53,531 nt of DNA from Octopus sinensis (taxonomy: Eukaryota): assembly GCF_006345805.1 (NCBI RefSeq), contig NW_021833867.1:1-53531 (forward strand). The letters run 5' to 3'. The notes beneath the pieces were generated by a model, which saw only the letters and a list, made by a program, of their open reading frames with translations, did no database searches and was not told the origin of the DNA. The position numbers and the translations under genes were made by a program. Of this stretch, positions 24,079 through 36,443 are shown piece after piece; positions within the stretch are counted from its first letter, which is position 1, and every line of letters begins with the position of its first letter.

Positions 24079-24386
24079 AAACGAATTGGCTTTTGGTGCA
24101 AAATGCAATCTTCTTTATCCCGCTCTCGGGGAAATAAATCCCCGCCATCTCCAGCGCCGAGACCATGAGATCACATCAATTTGACCTTTCTTGGTCTTTG
24201 AATGATGGGCGCTCGACAGCTAGAGATAGCAGCTACTCATCTCTCCGCCAACGATGTATAGAGCAACAGTGCCAGGACAGGCGCTGCTGTTGTGATTAGC
24301 GACCAAACTGATATACAGAGATATATGCTAATGATAAGCTTAGAAGAAGGATGTATGCATTGAGCATAATAGAAATGAGTAGAGTC

Positions 24387-24615
24387 GAGCGAGCTGGCAG
24401 AAACGTTAGCACACAGGGCGAAATGCTTAGCAGAATTCCGACTGCCGTTACGTTCTGAGTTCAAATTCCGCCGAGGTCGACTTTGCCTTTTATCATTTCG
24501 GGGTCGATAAATTAAGTACTTGTTTTGCACTGGGGTCGATATAATCAACTTAATCCCTTAGTCTGTCCCTGTTTGTCTTCTCTATGTTTAACCCCTTGTG
24601 GGCAATAAAGAAATA
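24387..24615 (+). mobile_element. SINE-A monomer with a 16-bp TSD
   Basis: agaaatgagtagagtc at 24371-24386 and 24616-24631. Confidence 0.9.
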
Positions 24616-25314
24616 AGAAATGAGTAGAGTCGGTTGTTGTGGCGATAGAGAAGAAACTTTGAGTACATGACAATGGGAAAGTGCCTGAATTAAGTCTCTC
24701 TGTCTTTCTCTCACTGTGTGTGTGTGTGTGTGTGTGTTAAGGTGTATGTGTTAGTGTGTGAAGGTTTGTTGGTCAGGAGTCAAAATTTATTATGAAATTA
24801 AATGCGAAATTCAAACAGCGCGGTAAGTCACATTATAAACAATTATTCCCTATGTACGTATATGTTAACGCGATTATCAATTAATTTAACATAAACTAAT
24901 GAATTTGATACCATGATTGTATTGTAATATAGGTGTGATAATTAACAATATGATCGTCAACATGACATGTTTAATTAGCACCGATCTACTTAAATATGTC
25001 TCTCAAATTGGTGAGATTTAAAATGATATGACGAACCGTAAATTTATGTTGCGAATCGATTAAGGAAATCGCCAATCAAAATTGGACCGTCGGTGGTGGT
25101 GATGGGCATATATTTCTTTTGTTATCTTTTATCTTTTATTTGTTTCGGCCATTGGACTATGGCCAAGAAGGGGCACCGTTTGAAGGGTTTTAGTGGAACA
25201 TATCGACTCCCGTACCTTTTTTTTTTTTAGTTTGGTACTTATTCTATCGGATTCTTTTGCTGAACCACTAAGTTGCAGGGACGTAAACGAGCTACCTCCA
25301 ACTGAAAATCGGTG

Positions 25315-25825
25315 GACCAGTCGATTTGATATGCAACTAGTACTTAATTTATCGACTCCGAAAGGATGAAAGGCAAAGTCGAACTCGGCGGAATTTGAAT
25401 TTAGAACGTAAAGACACACGAAATACCTATTTCTTTATTACCCACAAGTGGCTAAACATAGAGGGGACAAACAAGGACAAACATAGGTATTAAGTCGATT
25501 ATATCGACCCCAGTGCGTAACTGATACTTAATTTGTCGACCCCGAAAGGATGAAAGGCAAAGTCGACCTCAGCGGAATTTGAATTTAGAACGTAAAGACA
25601 CACGAAATACCTATTTCTTTATTACCCACAAGGGGCTAAACATAGAGGCGACAAACAAGGACAAACATAGGTATTAAGTCGATTATATCGACCCCAGTGC
25701 GTAACTGATACTTAATTTATCGACCCCGAAAGGATGAAAGGCAAAGTCGACCTCGGCGGAATTTGAACTCACAACGTACCAGCAGACGAAATACAGCTAA
25801 GCATTTCGCCCGGCGTGCTAACGTT
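25315..25825 (-). mobile_element. SINE-A trimer (period about 184 bp)
   Basis: cgaaatac at 25419, 25603 and 25787, with the same tail-to-head junction as the 2120 trimer. Confidence 0.88.
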
Positions 25826-26739
25826 TTCACGCAAACATATATTAAAATACGTATACAACACAAACAAGCACAGAGATGCTACTGTTTCACAAAGACTAAG
25901 TAACTATTAGAATCTTGCCAGCTCTATTTTCCTAACTAGTAATTCACATAACGTAGACAGAGATACATATTATCCATTTTTAATATTTCGTTCATTGTAG
26001 GTCTTCAGTCTTCCATCATCTTGAAAAACGAATGAAAGAAGAAATGTATTAACGTTGTAATATCTTTCATACCTCAGTATCTAATCATTTTATAGAAAAT
26101 AATACTCAAGAATTCTTTTATATCTGATATTTAAATAAATAAAAAAAAAAATTATTTTGCAAGGGTGCATTTCAATGGTTTGTTTCTTGCGTTCATATCA
26201 TTTCTGAATACATTACTTGTATAAGTGAAGTGAACTTGTTCCTCACCGTACTGCGCTCAATATTTTAACTACAGCGTTATATAATAGGTTTGTTTACTGA
26301 TGTAGATCACATTTCTTCACTTCTCCTTCAGCTGGTTTCAAATACTCCACGGAACAATGGAACGTAATATGACCGACACACCTAGCCGTCAATTGAGAAC
26401 AGTAATTTTTAATGAGTATTTAAAGAAATATATTATCGTTCTTGATATATCTATACTTGTCTTGGCTTGTTTGTTTGTTTGTTGGTTTGTTTGGTTTTTT
26501 TTATTCAATTTTAGTTCGACTCTTTCTTCGTGTGCATTCGTGGGTCTTTAGACGTGAATGCGTGTGTTTTGGGTGTGTAATTGACACTTAAGAAAACCTC
26601 GTGTTTTGAGATGAAGGTTTGACATGATGGTTTCGGTGAATTTGCAGACGATACATAAAGATTTTTATTACAAAAACAAAAAGACAAAAAATGTTATTAA
26701 ATTGGTTTCAATTTCTGACACATGGCCAGCAGGTTCGAA

Positions 26740-27430
26740 GGAGGGGAAAGTCGATTACAACGCCCCCTTTTCTCAACTGGTACTTATTTTATCTATTTCT
26801 TTACTACCCACAAGGAGCTAAACACGGAGAGAACAAACAAGGACAGACAAACGGATTAAGTCGATTATATCGACCCTAGTGCGTAAATGGTACTTAATTT
26901 ATCGACCTCAAAAGGATGAAAGGCAAAGTCGACCTCACCGAAATTTGAACTCAGAACGTAACGGCAGACGAAATACGGCTATGCATTTCGCCCGGCGAAC
27001 TAACGATTCTGCCAGCTCGCCGCCTTTCTCAACTGGTACTTATTTTATCAGCCACAAATGGACGAAAGGTAAATTCTGCCTCGACAGAATTTAAACCCAG
27101 AACATAAAACGGGCAAAATACTGTTAAGAATTCTGCCCGGCGTGATAACGATTCTGCCAACTCATTGAGCTAACAAAAATAAATAAATAAATAAATAAAC
27201 AAAAGGAACACCATATCGATGAGATGACAGAATCATTAACTCGCAGGGCAAAATGCTTAGAAACTTAGCAGCATTTAAGCTCTGATTTCGAATTCTGGTG
27301 AGGGCGTCATATTTTTTTTAATCCTCTCAGGGTCGATATATTAAGTACCAGGGGAGTACTGAGGTCAATATAATCAACTAGACCCCTGTCCCCAAATTCC
27401 AGGCCCTGTGCCTATAGTAGAAAGGATATA
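26740..27430. mobile_element. Cluster of SINE-A copies (minus at 26740-27170, plus at 27240-27430)
   Basis: Multiple body and head matches. Confidence 0.75.
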
Positions 27431-27431
27431 G

Positions 27432-27975
27432 CAAGTAACAAACTTGAAACAAATCCATGGCTTTAAATATTTCAGCGCTGTCATTATATCAAATGAGAAA
27501 AACAAAAGAGAATTAGACAAGACTGCTTATGGTGAGAGCAAGCATATATTGCGAAAAAACAATTAAATGAACCCTTGGAGCATGCGTGGAACCCATCCTA
27601 ATATATAGCTGTGTCACTTGGAACAACAGCAAACAAAAGGAAAAGCTTATAATGAAAAAGGGCAATTCCTTAAACGAATCATAAAAATGATTTTATACAG
27701 TTAAAGGGATAAACTTTGAAGCTCTTAAACAAGAAGGGACCAAAAGCTAGCTTCTTAATATAATAAAGGGACAATAGGCTAAGGTTACTGGATACCAGAT
27801 GAGACGACAAAACCATTAAAATTTAGTAAAATTCGAAAAGTGGAATTGAAAAAAGAATCGGAAAAGACAGACATTCGATGGCCTTAATGACTGGCTACAG
27901 AAACCTTGACGCAGCTACACCCTAAAGTGTGTGTGTGTTGAGCAAGAGGACGGTGGAGGTCTATGGCAAATGAAG
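27432..27975 (+). mobile_element. RTE-like LINE RT C-terminal relic
   Basis: Frameshifted translations include LKQIHGFKYFSAVI, ACVEPILIYSCVTW, RLRLLGYQMRR and RGRWRSMAN, matching the RTE RT thumb/C-terminal pattern (FKYLGS; EPILLYGSETW; RLRxxGH; WR). Confidence 0.65.
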
Positions 27976-28224
27976 ACAAAAGTTATCCCAAATGGTTTGG
28001 TGTTCATTCTTAGCCACTCTGTGAAATGAATTCCATAGAATAAAGTGCCTTGCTTAGAACCAAAATAAAATGTTTATCATTCAGCACACAAAATAACTGC
28101 TACCAGACCAATATATATAATCTGCTTGTATAGTTTGCCTCCAGAGGATGCAGGAAAGAAAAACAGGTGCGGATATTTATAATCGAATTAAGTCGTGTGT
28201 GTGTGTGTGTGTGTGATTGTGTGT

Positions 28225-28259
<35 letters not shown>

Positions 28260-28435
28260 ATGAGGGAGATAAATTGAATATTAATTTAATTAATTTCAAT
28301 TTAAAACCAGTAGCTTAGCATATAAAAAATCTGAAAAATCAGAGAAAATTTCAATACATGTGTATATTTAGGGATAAACCACTATGTGATCTTCTAGCGT
28401 ATGGTTATCCACCTAGTGGTTTATCCCTATATATG

Positions 28436-28492
<57 letters not shown>

Positions 28493-28515
28493 ATATATAT
28501 ATATATACATATATA

Positions 28516-28548
<33 letters not shown>

Positions 28549-28723
28549 ATATATATTATATATATATATATATATACATATATGTGTATAATATATATAT
28601 ATATATATACACATATATATTATATAACATAAAAACATTTCCTATACATATATAAGTATGTATTTATATATATATATATATATACATATATGTGTGTGTG
28701 TGTGTGTGTGTATCTATACGTGT

Positions 28724-29029
28724 GGAGATGCAATGTCCCAGTGGGTATGGCTGCGGACTCGCGGTGGGAGGATCGCGGTTTCGATTCCCAGACTAGGCGT
28801 TGTGTGCGTGTGTTTATTGAGCGAAAACATCTAAAGCTCCACGAGGCTTCGGCAGAGTGTGGTGGCTACCCCTGTTGTACTCTTTTGCCCCAACTTTCTC
28901 TCACTCTTTCTTCCTGTTTCTTGAGTAAAGCTGCGATGGACTGTCGTCCCGTCCAGCTGGGGGAACACATACGCCACAGAAACCGGGAAACCGGGCCCAC
29001 GAGCCTTGCTAGGCTTAAAAAGGGCGCAT
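28724..29029 (+). mobile_element. SINE-C
   Basis: Collinear match to the 20890-21178 copy. Confidence 0.8.
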
Positions 29030-29294
29030 GTATGTATCTATACGCATGCATCAGCAACATCCGACGGCAAGAGCTATATGACATCACGCCAGACATTTTA
29101 GTAACAATCTGTACACATATAAAGAATGCTTTCAAAAATACACCCGGGTGGAGATCAGATGAATTGTTGACTGAAATTTCTAGCTTGAAATAGAAATTAT
29201 ACACACACATCCTCAACACACACATAAACACAAACATGCACATGCATGCATATATGTGCAAATACGTGTAAGTATGTATGTGTGTTTATATATG

Positions 29295-29525
29295 TTTCTT
29301 TACTACCGAAAAGGAGCTAAACATAGAGGGGGACAAACAAGGACAGACAAACGGATTAAGTCGATTATATCGACCCCAGTGCGTAACTGGTACTTATTTT
29401 ATCGACCCCGAAAGGATGAAAGGCAAAGTCGACCTCGGCGGAATTTGAACTCAGAACATAACGGCAGACGAAATACAGCTACGCATTTCGCCCGGTGTGC
29501 TAACGTTTCTGCCAGCTCGCCGCCT
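29295..29525 (-). mobile_element. SINE-A, complete, long tail
   Basis: Full match. Confidence 0.85.
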
Positions 29526-29874
29526 TTTGTGTGTGTATATATCCATGCTTATATGTGTATGTGTCTATGCATATAGAGAAGTATGAAAAGAGAGAAGTAG
29601 TGAGAGAGGGGAGGAAGGGATGGAGAGAGAGGGGGAGAAGGAGACGTAGAAATGCGGCTTTAGGAGATCAGTAAAACAGGAAGTGAAGCGAAAGTCATAA
29701 GGCAAGTACTTGCTAATGAATCAGTTATTGCTGAGAATCGATTTCTTAGAAAGCTGCAATGTGTTGTTGCAGTGTAAATATGCAAGTATATGCAATAAAG
29801 CTGCACCTTATATTAATGCACTGTAGCACTTTTAGCAAATATTATTAAATAATGAAATGGCAATATTAGGAAAC

Positions 29875-30300
29875 TAAAAGGCGGTGAGCAGGCAGAATTG
29901 TTAAGCATGCTGGACAAAATGGTGCTTGGCGGTATTTCGTCCGTCTTTACATTCTGAGTTCAAACTCCGCCGAGGTTTTTTATCCTTCCGGGGTCGATGA
30001 AGTAAATACCAGTTGAGCACTCATTTACCCCTTCCCCCAAACTTGCTCTCTTTGTGCCAAAATTTGAAATCAATATCATGAAATTATAAGGTGGAGAGCT
30101 GGCAGAATCTTTAACGTACCAGACAAAATGTTTAGCGGCATTTCGTCCGTATTTACGTTCTGAGTTCAAATGCCGCTAAGGTCTGGTTTGCCTTTTATCC
30201 TTTCGGGGTCGATAAATTAAGTACCAGTTAAGTACTGGGGTCGATTTAATCGACTACCTCTTCCCCGGAATTGTTGGGGAATTGTTCGTGCCACAGTGTG
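29875..30300 (+). mobile_element. Two SINE-A copies in tandem
   Basis: Heads at about 29878 and 30088. Confidence 0.75.
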
Positions 30301-30467
30301 AAACGACAATTTCAATAAACTATAGTTGTATAACACCACCTTCATAAATATTTTTAATGATTCTGGTATTTTAACAGAGGAAACCGCTCGAGCTGTTACG
30401 GCAACAGTTGCAGCCTCCACTGCAGCAACTGGAGTAACAGTTGCGGTAAAAGTGGGTGTATAATCTA

Positions 30468-30684
30468 CGAAGGGTTACTGAAAAGTTCCTTGCATTAAGA
30501 GTATCGCAAAAGGCCTGTTTGGAGGTCCAACTTTCTGAGTTCTTTTACAGGGCCTAGGAAAACTGAAGGACCACTGCAATAAGTGTGTGAATCTGAGATG
30601 GGGATATGTTGAATAAAGTCATAATTAACTGATTTTTTTCTATTTTCTTTTACTGAAAGCCGGGAAACTTTTAACACACCCTCG
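30468..30684 (+). mobile_element. Mariner internal-deletion derivative (MITE)
   Basis: TIRs cgaagggttactgaaaagtt / aacttttaacacaccctcg are flanked by TA at 30466 and 30685. The interior encodes GLGKLKDHCNKCVNLRWGYVE*, a mariner transposase C-terminus pattern. Confidence 0.8.
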
Positions 30685-31119
30685 TATGACTGCTTTAAGA
30701 AAAAATAAATGCCTTCTCTAATCGGCGAATGGAAGAAGTCGAGTCAAAAGCGGGGCATGTTTGCTGTCTCGATCTGCATCAGAAGAGTGGTATGTCATTT
30801 GCTTTTAGCCCAGACAATTCTTTTTGGCTGTTTGTTGCATTTTGTCCTTCCTCTAGCAGAAACTTGACTCTATCATTCATTCTTTTTTCTCTTCGGGAGA
30901 TCTGAGAAAAACTAGAAACTCCAATAGTTATATTTACCATATAAACTCCCATATATCCCAAAGAGTAAGAATTTTATATGAATTTACAGAAAATCTTAAA
31001 TGCGAAAATTTTGCCGCTTAATGCACACACACTCCCGTGTGTGTATGAATATATATGTATACATAATATATATTGCTTTTAAATTTTGGTACAACGCCAG
31101 TCATTTGGTGGGACAGGGA

Positions 31120-31800
31120 TAAGGTTATCTTTACGATTCGTCTAAGGAGCTACTCTGTTCCATCAAAATCTTTTTCTTTCCTTGTTATCATTCCAAGTGA
31201 CACAGCTATATGTAAGAATGGGTTCCATACATGCTGCAAGGACTTCTTTTTCTCACTCTTATCATGCGGTGAGCTTCAAGCCACTGCTACAGCAGCTAGA
31301 CTTTTCATGGGCATCTGTTATGAACTGGGACACGGAAGATCCATTTCGGAATATGTGTATGGCGTTAAGATAACAGATCAAACACTACCGACGAGCTGTC
31401 CAAAACTATAAGGAGTCTAGTTCGGCCTGGATCTTTCAATGATCAGGAACTGAGTTGATATTACGAGTAGAATTACTAGTCTTCCCGAGAAATGCATCGG
31501 GAAGATAGTATTTCTAATAGTTCGGGTAGACGTGGTGAGCCCTTACGTCATCCCCCTTTTAATTTATCTCCCGAACGCCATGTTCTTGATTTTTTCTCTG
31601 AATGCATTAGAAAATCTGCTCTTGTGCTTGAGACACGTTCTCTTTATCATCAGAAGATCTATTTCCTGCTAACATCTGCTGCAAGGAGTCAAGAAGCTTC
31701 ATGCCATGGCTATTGTTGTTTCGATGTGCATGGTAAAGCTGATGTGGTTTCTATTAGTAACAACAACATTGATGGTAGTCTCTCGTGGTCCGAGGAAGAG
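31120..31800 (-). mobile_element. RTE-like LINE RT relic, homologous to 27432-27975
   Basis: Minus strand reads SSDD..NVSQAQEQIF..EHGV..IN (xADD region) and ACMEPILTYSCVTW..DFDGTE*LLRRI. It shares the DNA string gaacccat(t/c)ct(t/a)a(c/t)atatagctgtgtcacttggaa with the 27.6-kb copy. Confidence 0.62.
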
Positions 31801-33079
31801 GCTTATGCAATTTCCTACATAAACGATTTGTTTACAGCGATCGAATAGTTTTGCTGAGCCTTATCTTCTAACTCACTCCGTTAAACCGATGTTGCCTAAA
31901 CAGGTGCTCAGTGTACCACATGTCAGTAGTCGAAGTGATCGCAAAGTAACATGGTCCACGAATTAAAACCACGATCTCACGTTCGTGAGTGAAACACTCT
32001 TACCTCTAGGCCATGCGATCTCACAACAACAACAATAATCACTCAACAAAAAACAACAAAAAAACAGCTGAAACAGTCCTGGTAATTGACTTGTCAGCAG
32101 TGGTATATGCAATTTTACTTTATTATAGAATGCCAGAGATGAGTTTAGCGTACCGTAGGTCGTTGTTATATCAGCTATTACGCATTGCCCGTTTACAAAA
32201 CGAGGCTCAATCACGGCACGCAGCGAGACAATTGGCAATTTGGATTCAAAGTTGTGTAACTCAGAATATTTCCAAGTTTTAACTCAACGCTACAACTTAA
32301 CAAAACCTATTTAACACAAAGCTCTATTGAGATGTTAAGAGCAATGAATTGAATCTAACTTCAGTGTCGCTTAACTTCAGTTCGAAGGACACGTTCTGTA
32401 AAAGGTATTTTGACGGCAGAAAAAACCCGTCGACTGTGTATTATGAAAACTATGAATCAAGATGGCGAGCTGGCAGAACCGTCGGACCGTCGGGAAAAAA
32501 GGACTTTAGGGATTTACTGTATTTTATATTATGAACCCAAAACCTGCTAAAGTCAACTTTGAATTTTGTGCGTATCAGCTTTGATGGCGTTGACTAATAC
32601 CAATTCCACCAAAAGTTGTTGATCTCGTACCTAAATCAGAAAGATTTAAGCTGTAGTGCAAATGTACAAAAATACAAGACAGAGACAGGAGCGGGAACAA
32701 CAAACAAGGTGTTTTAGTTTTGACGTTTCGAATTTACGCTCTTCCACAGAACGGAATGAAAAAAAAAACACGGCTTCACATGTTGAATGGTCAGTTAGCA
32801 GAATAGTTAGAACGTCAAACAAAATGCTTTGCGGCTTTTGTTTTGGATTTTCACGTTCTGAGTTTAAATACTGTTGAGGTCATTTTTGTCTGTTTTCCTT
32901 CCCGGGTGGGCGAAAGGGATTATGGGTCATACACTATGAACGATTGAATTGGCTAACCTTAGCCCTCAAAAGCTATAAGTCTTCTGTCTAATTTCAAAAC
33001 TATAACAATTAATAGAACTGTTAGGCCATCAATTCAAGATTTTTCCTTTTGAAATTTTCTTTTTTCTTTTTTTACATAG

Positions 33080-33335
33080 GAGAAGGTGTGACTGTGTGAT
33101 AAGAAAATTACTTTCCAACCACGTGATACTGGTTTCATCCAACTGCGTGGCACTTTCAACAAGATAGATAGATAGATACATATATATATGACGAGCTTCT
33201 TTTAGTTTCCGGTTTCTGAATCCACTTACAAGTCTTTGGTCGGCCCAAGACTATAGAAGAATACACTTGCCCAAGGTGTCACGCAGTAGGACTGAACCCG
33301 GGATTATGTAGTTGGGAAGCAAACTTCTTACCACA

Positions 33336-33373
<38 letters not shown>

Positions 33374-33600
33374 GTGTGTTGCGTATGTGTGTGTTTGTCC
33401 CCCCCCGCTACTGCTCAACAATTGATGTTGGTGTGTTTATGTCTTTGTAATCTAGCAGTTCAGTAAAATGGAACGATGGAATAATTACTAGTCTTCAAAG
33501 ATCATGAGTGCCAAGGTCGATTTTTCAACAAAATTCTTCAATGCGGTGCCCTAGTTGGCCGCAGTCTAATGACTAAAACAAGTAAAGGGTAAAAAGATGG
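33080..33600. mobile_element. Composite SINE-B fragments in both orientations
   Basis: Head (+) at 33080-33160, head (-) at 33190-33335, 3' half (+) at 33390-33600. Confidence 0.65.
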
Positions 33601-34587
33601 CATTGCTAAAGAAGAAAGGGCGATAACTGTGATGCTTATCCAGAATTTCTGCGAGTCGAAAGACGGCGAAAACCATTGTATAATCCAAACATCTGCAACA
33701 GAGTGGATTCTGCTAGGAGCAACGAAGGGCCAAGTGAACACACAACAACCATAAACATTTGCTCCCACTTTTCTCTATGCAATTACCATATATGCAATTT
33801 CTCTCACGAACATTTCGCAAATCCGAGCGTATGGTACATGTAATTTTCCTATAGTGCTGCTCAGCAGGATTGAAACCGAAATCCAAGAATTACAAAGCAA
33901 TCTCCTCAGCCACACAACCATACCTATATCAATGTTGGTTAATACATACGTAATTAATTTTTTAACAAAGCCAACAAAAATGAATTGTTCCATACATGTG
34001 AGCTCTTAAATTATTTTTCTCTTAGTCTTGCATTCAATTCCTTTATTTACGTATTTTTTTGTTTCCGATGATATATATTTTTTCTGTTATCAATATTGAT
34101 AACAAAAATTGTATTATATACTTTTCTCCTATCCTTATTGATTAAGCATTAATGTTAATCCTCGCTTAATCTCTAAGAACGAGTAATTAATAATGTAATT
34201 CTTATGCATTAGTTAAGTAGAAATCTCGGAGAGTTCGGCTTGGAGCTAATAAGTGTACCATTCATTCTAACATTGGAAATTTATCTACATGTCTCGTTTT
34301 TCTTTATATATTTTTTAGCTAGGAACAATAAGTATAACAAATAAAGCATGTATTAATAATAGTGGCGCGGGAGAAGAGCAACAACGGACACTAAATGTAA
34401 AAATAGAGAAATGAAAACGAAGTATACAGTAGAAAACAATACCGTGTAACTTTAATATTCATATATAAAAAGATATTTAATGATGAACATACAGATAGAC
34501 AGACCGACACTGAGTCGTTTTTGTAGTTATTAGCCTGCACACACATACACACACACACACGTATATCTGTATGTATGTATGTATGTA

Positions 34588-34626
<39 letters not shown>

Positions 34627-34850
34627 TACGTTCGTGCATGTGTATATATAAGTATATACGGAGCGAGCGCGAATGAGATAAAGAAGGTGAGGGAGAGAAG
34701 AAGAGGGGAAAGATACTTGAGGAAGCAAGTTGCTTTTTTGTGGTGTGTGTAGAGTGGCGTAGTTAGAAGTTCCTTTCACATTCACGTGTTCCCAGTTTCG
34801 ATCCGATATATTTCTGTTTGTGAATATATATATATATATGTGTGTATGTA

Positions 34851-34886
<36 letters not shown>

Positions 34887-35106
34887 GTGTGTGTGTGTGT
34901 TGTGTGTGTGTGTGTGTGTATGCTTGTATCAGGTTGACTTCAATCAAATTACATACGAAAGGCGTTTAGCCATCGAAAATTCGATCATTCTATAGCCTTT
35001 TGCCCTCGCTGTGTCAAAAGCTCATTTCCATGCATACACCATTTGGCTGGTTTAGAGGCCAAAATTCTCCCTACACCTATTTTCAAACATCCTCCACATT
35101 TTTTAA

Positions 35107-35177
<71 letters not shown>

Positions 35178-35956
35178 CATGTTACCTCACAATACCCCTG
35201 ATTTTATATTTAACTACTTGTCATCCGTGGATTACGGCCGTTTCGTAACCCTCATTATGTAATATTATGCATTTTTTTTGTATATTTACAAATCAGTGCA
35301 GATACAGAAGGCTAGCTAATCAGATCACCAGAACATCATGTATATAACAATGCTGCATACAATAATTTCTTTTTTTAGACATTCAATGTATAGAAGATAA
35401 ACCTAAACAATAAATTTTATTTTCATATCTGTTAAGGTGCTAGATCTAAGTTCAGGGAATTGACCAGCCTTAATGTTAACAAAAGACAAGAAGGAATAGG
35501 AATGGAAATAGAGTAGTAACAGTAAATAAAAAGAATTGAAAGTCTATAAAATTACATATAAAAAATATAATATAAAATGAATTCAATCGGAACAGACAGT
35601 TGGAGATATAAAGATCAAATCAGGAGATAGTATTGAGCGGTAATAATTTTCGAATAAGGTCAAAAGATCACAGGACCACACATAAAATCCAGTGGATCTA
35701 AAGATAATCACATTTTTTAAGGTAGAATCGTTAGTACATCAGGGAAAATGCTTAGCGGGATTTCGTCCGTCCTTATGTCTGAATCCAAATTCTTTGCTTT
35801 TTATTCTTTCGGGGTGATAAATTAAGCAGCGGTTAAACACTGTGGACAATATAATCGACCTACCCCTCCCCTAAAAATGCCGGCCTAGCGCCAAAAATCT
35901 GAAGCAAATATGATCACGTTTTCTAAGTACAACTCAAAATCTCAGTGAAGTGTATG

Positions 35957-36000
<44 letters not shown>

Positions 36001-36443
36001 TTATTTTATTTTTTTATTTTATCTAGTTTCAGCTCACGAGCTGTGGCCATGCTGGGGCACCGCCATTTGGGTGCTACATTGATTTTACTTCACAAATGCT
36101 CTTTAGCAACTGCCATTTTGGTGCATGAGAGAGTTCGATGCAGCTGTGCCTCATCTGCACCTCCTGTCGTGAAGTGGTTCATCCGGGACAACCTGACAGG
36201 AAGAGATCCAGTCCTACCTTAAAGACATCCGCATCCACCCCATGCAGGTCCCTTAGGTTTTCGGGAGGATATTGAAGAGCTGTGGGCCTCTGAAGCCAAG
36301 GCTATCACAGTATCTTGTCCTACATCTTCATGGCAAATTTGGAGTCCTTGGCACCACGCAGGGCGCCCAGTTCTGGCATTTGTGTAACTCTCGATGCCAA
36401 AGTTGGGACAAGTCTTCCAGATGTATATTATGGCATATCTTTC

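Noticed and set aside
24777-26363. Further small exon candidates (24777-24822 with donor gtaagt; 26332-26363 with a good acceptor)
   Set aside because: Each has only one strong splice site and no recognisable peptide; such sites are expected by chance in 53 kb.
30790-30900. Mariner N-terminal HTH-like peptide (VKFLLEEGQNATNSQKEL)
   Set aside because: Short, with no TIR or downstream motifs recognised; similarity too weak by eye.
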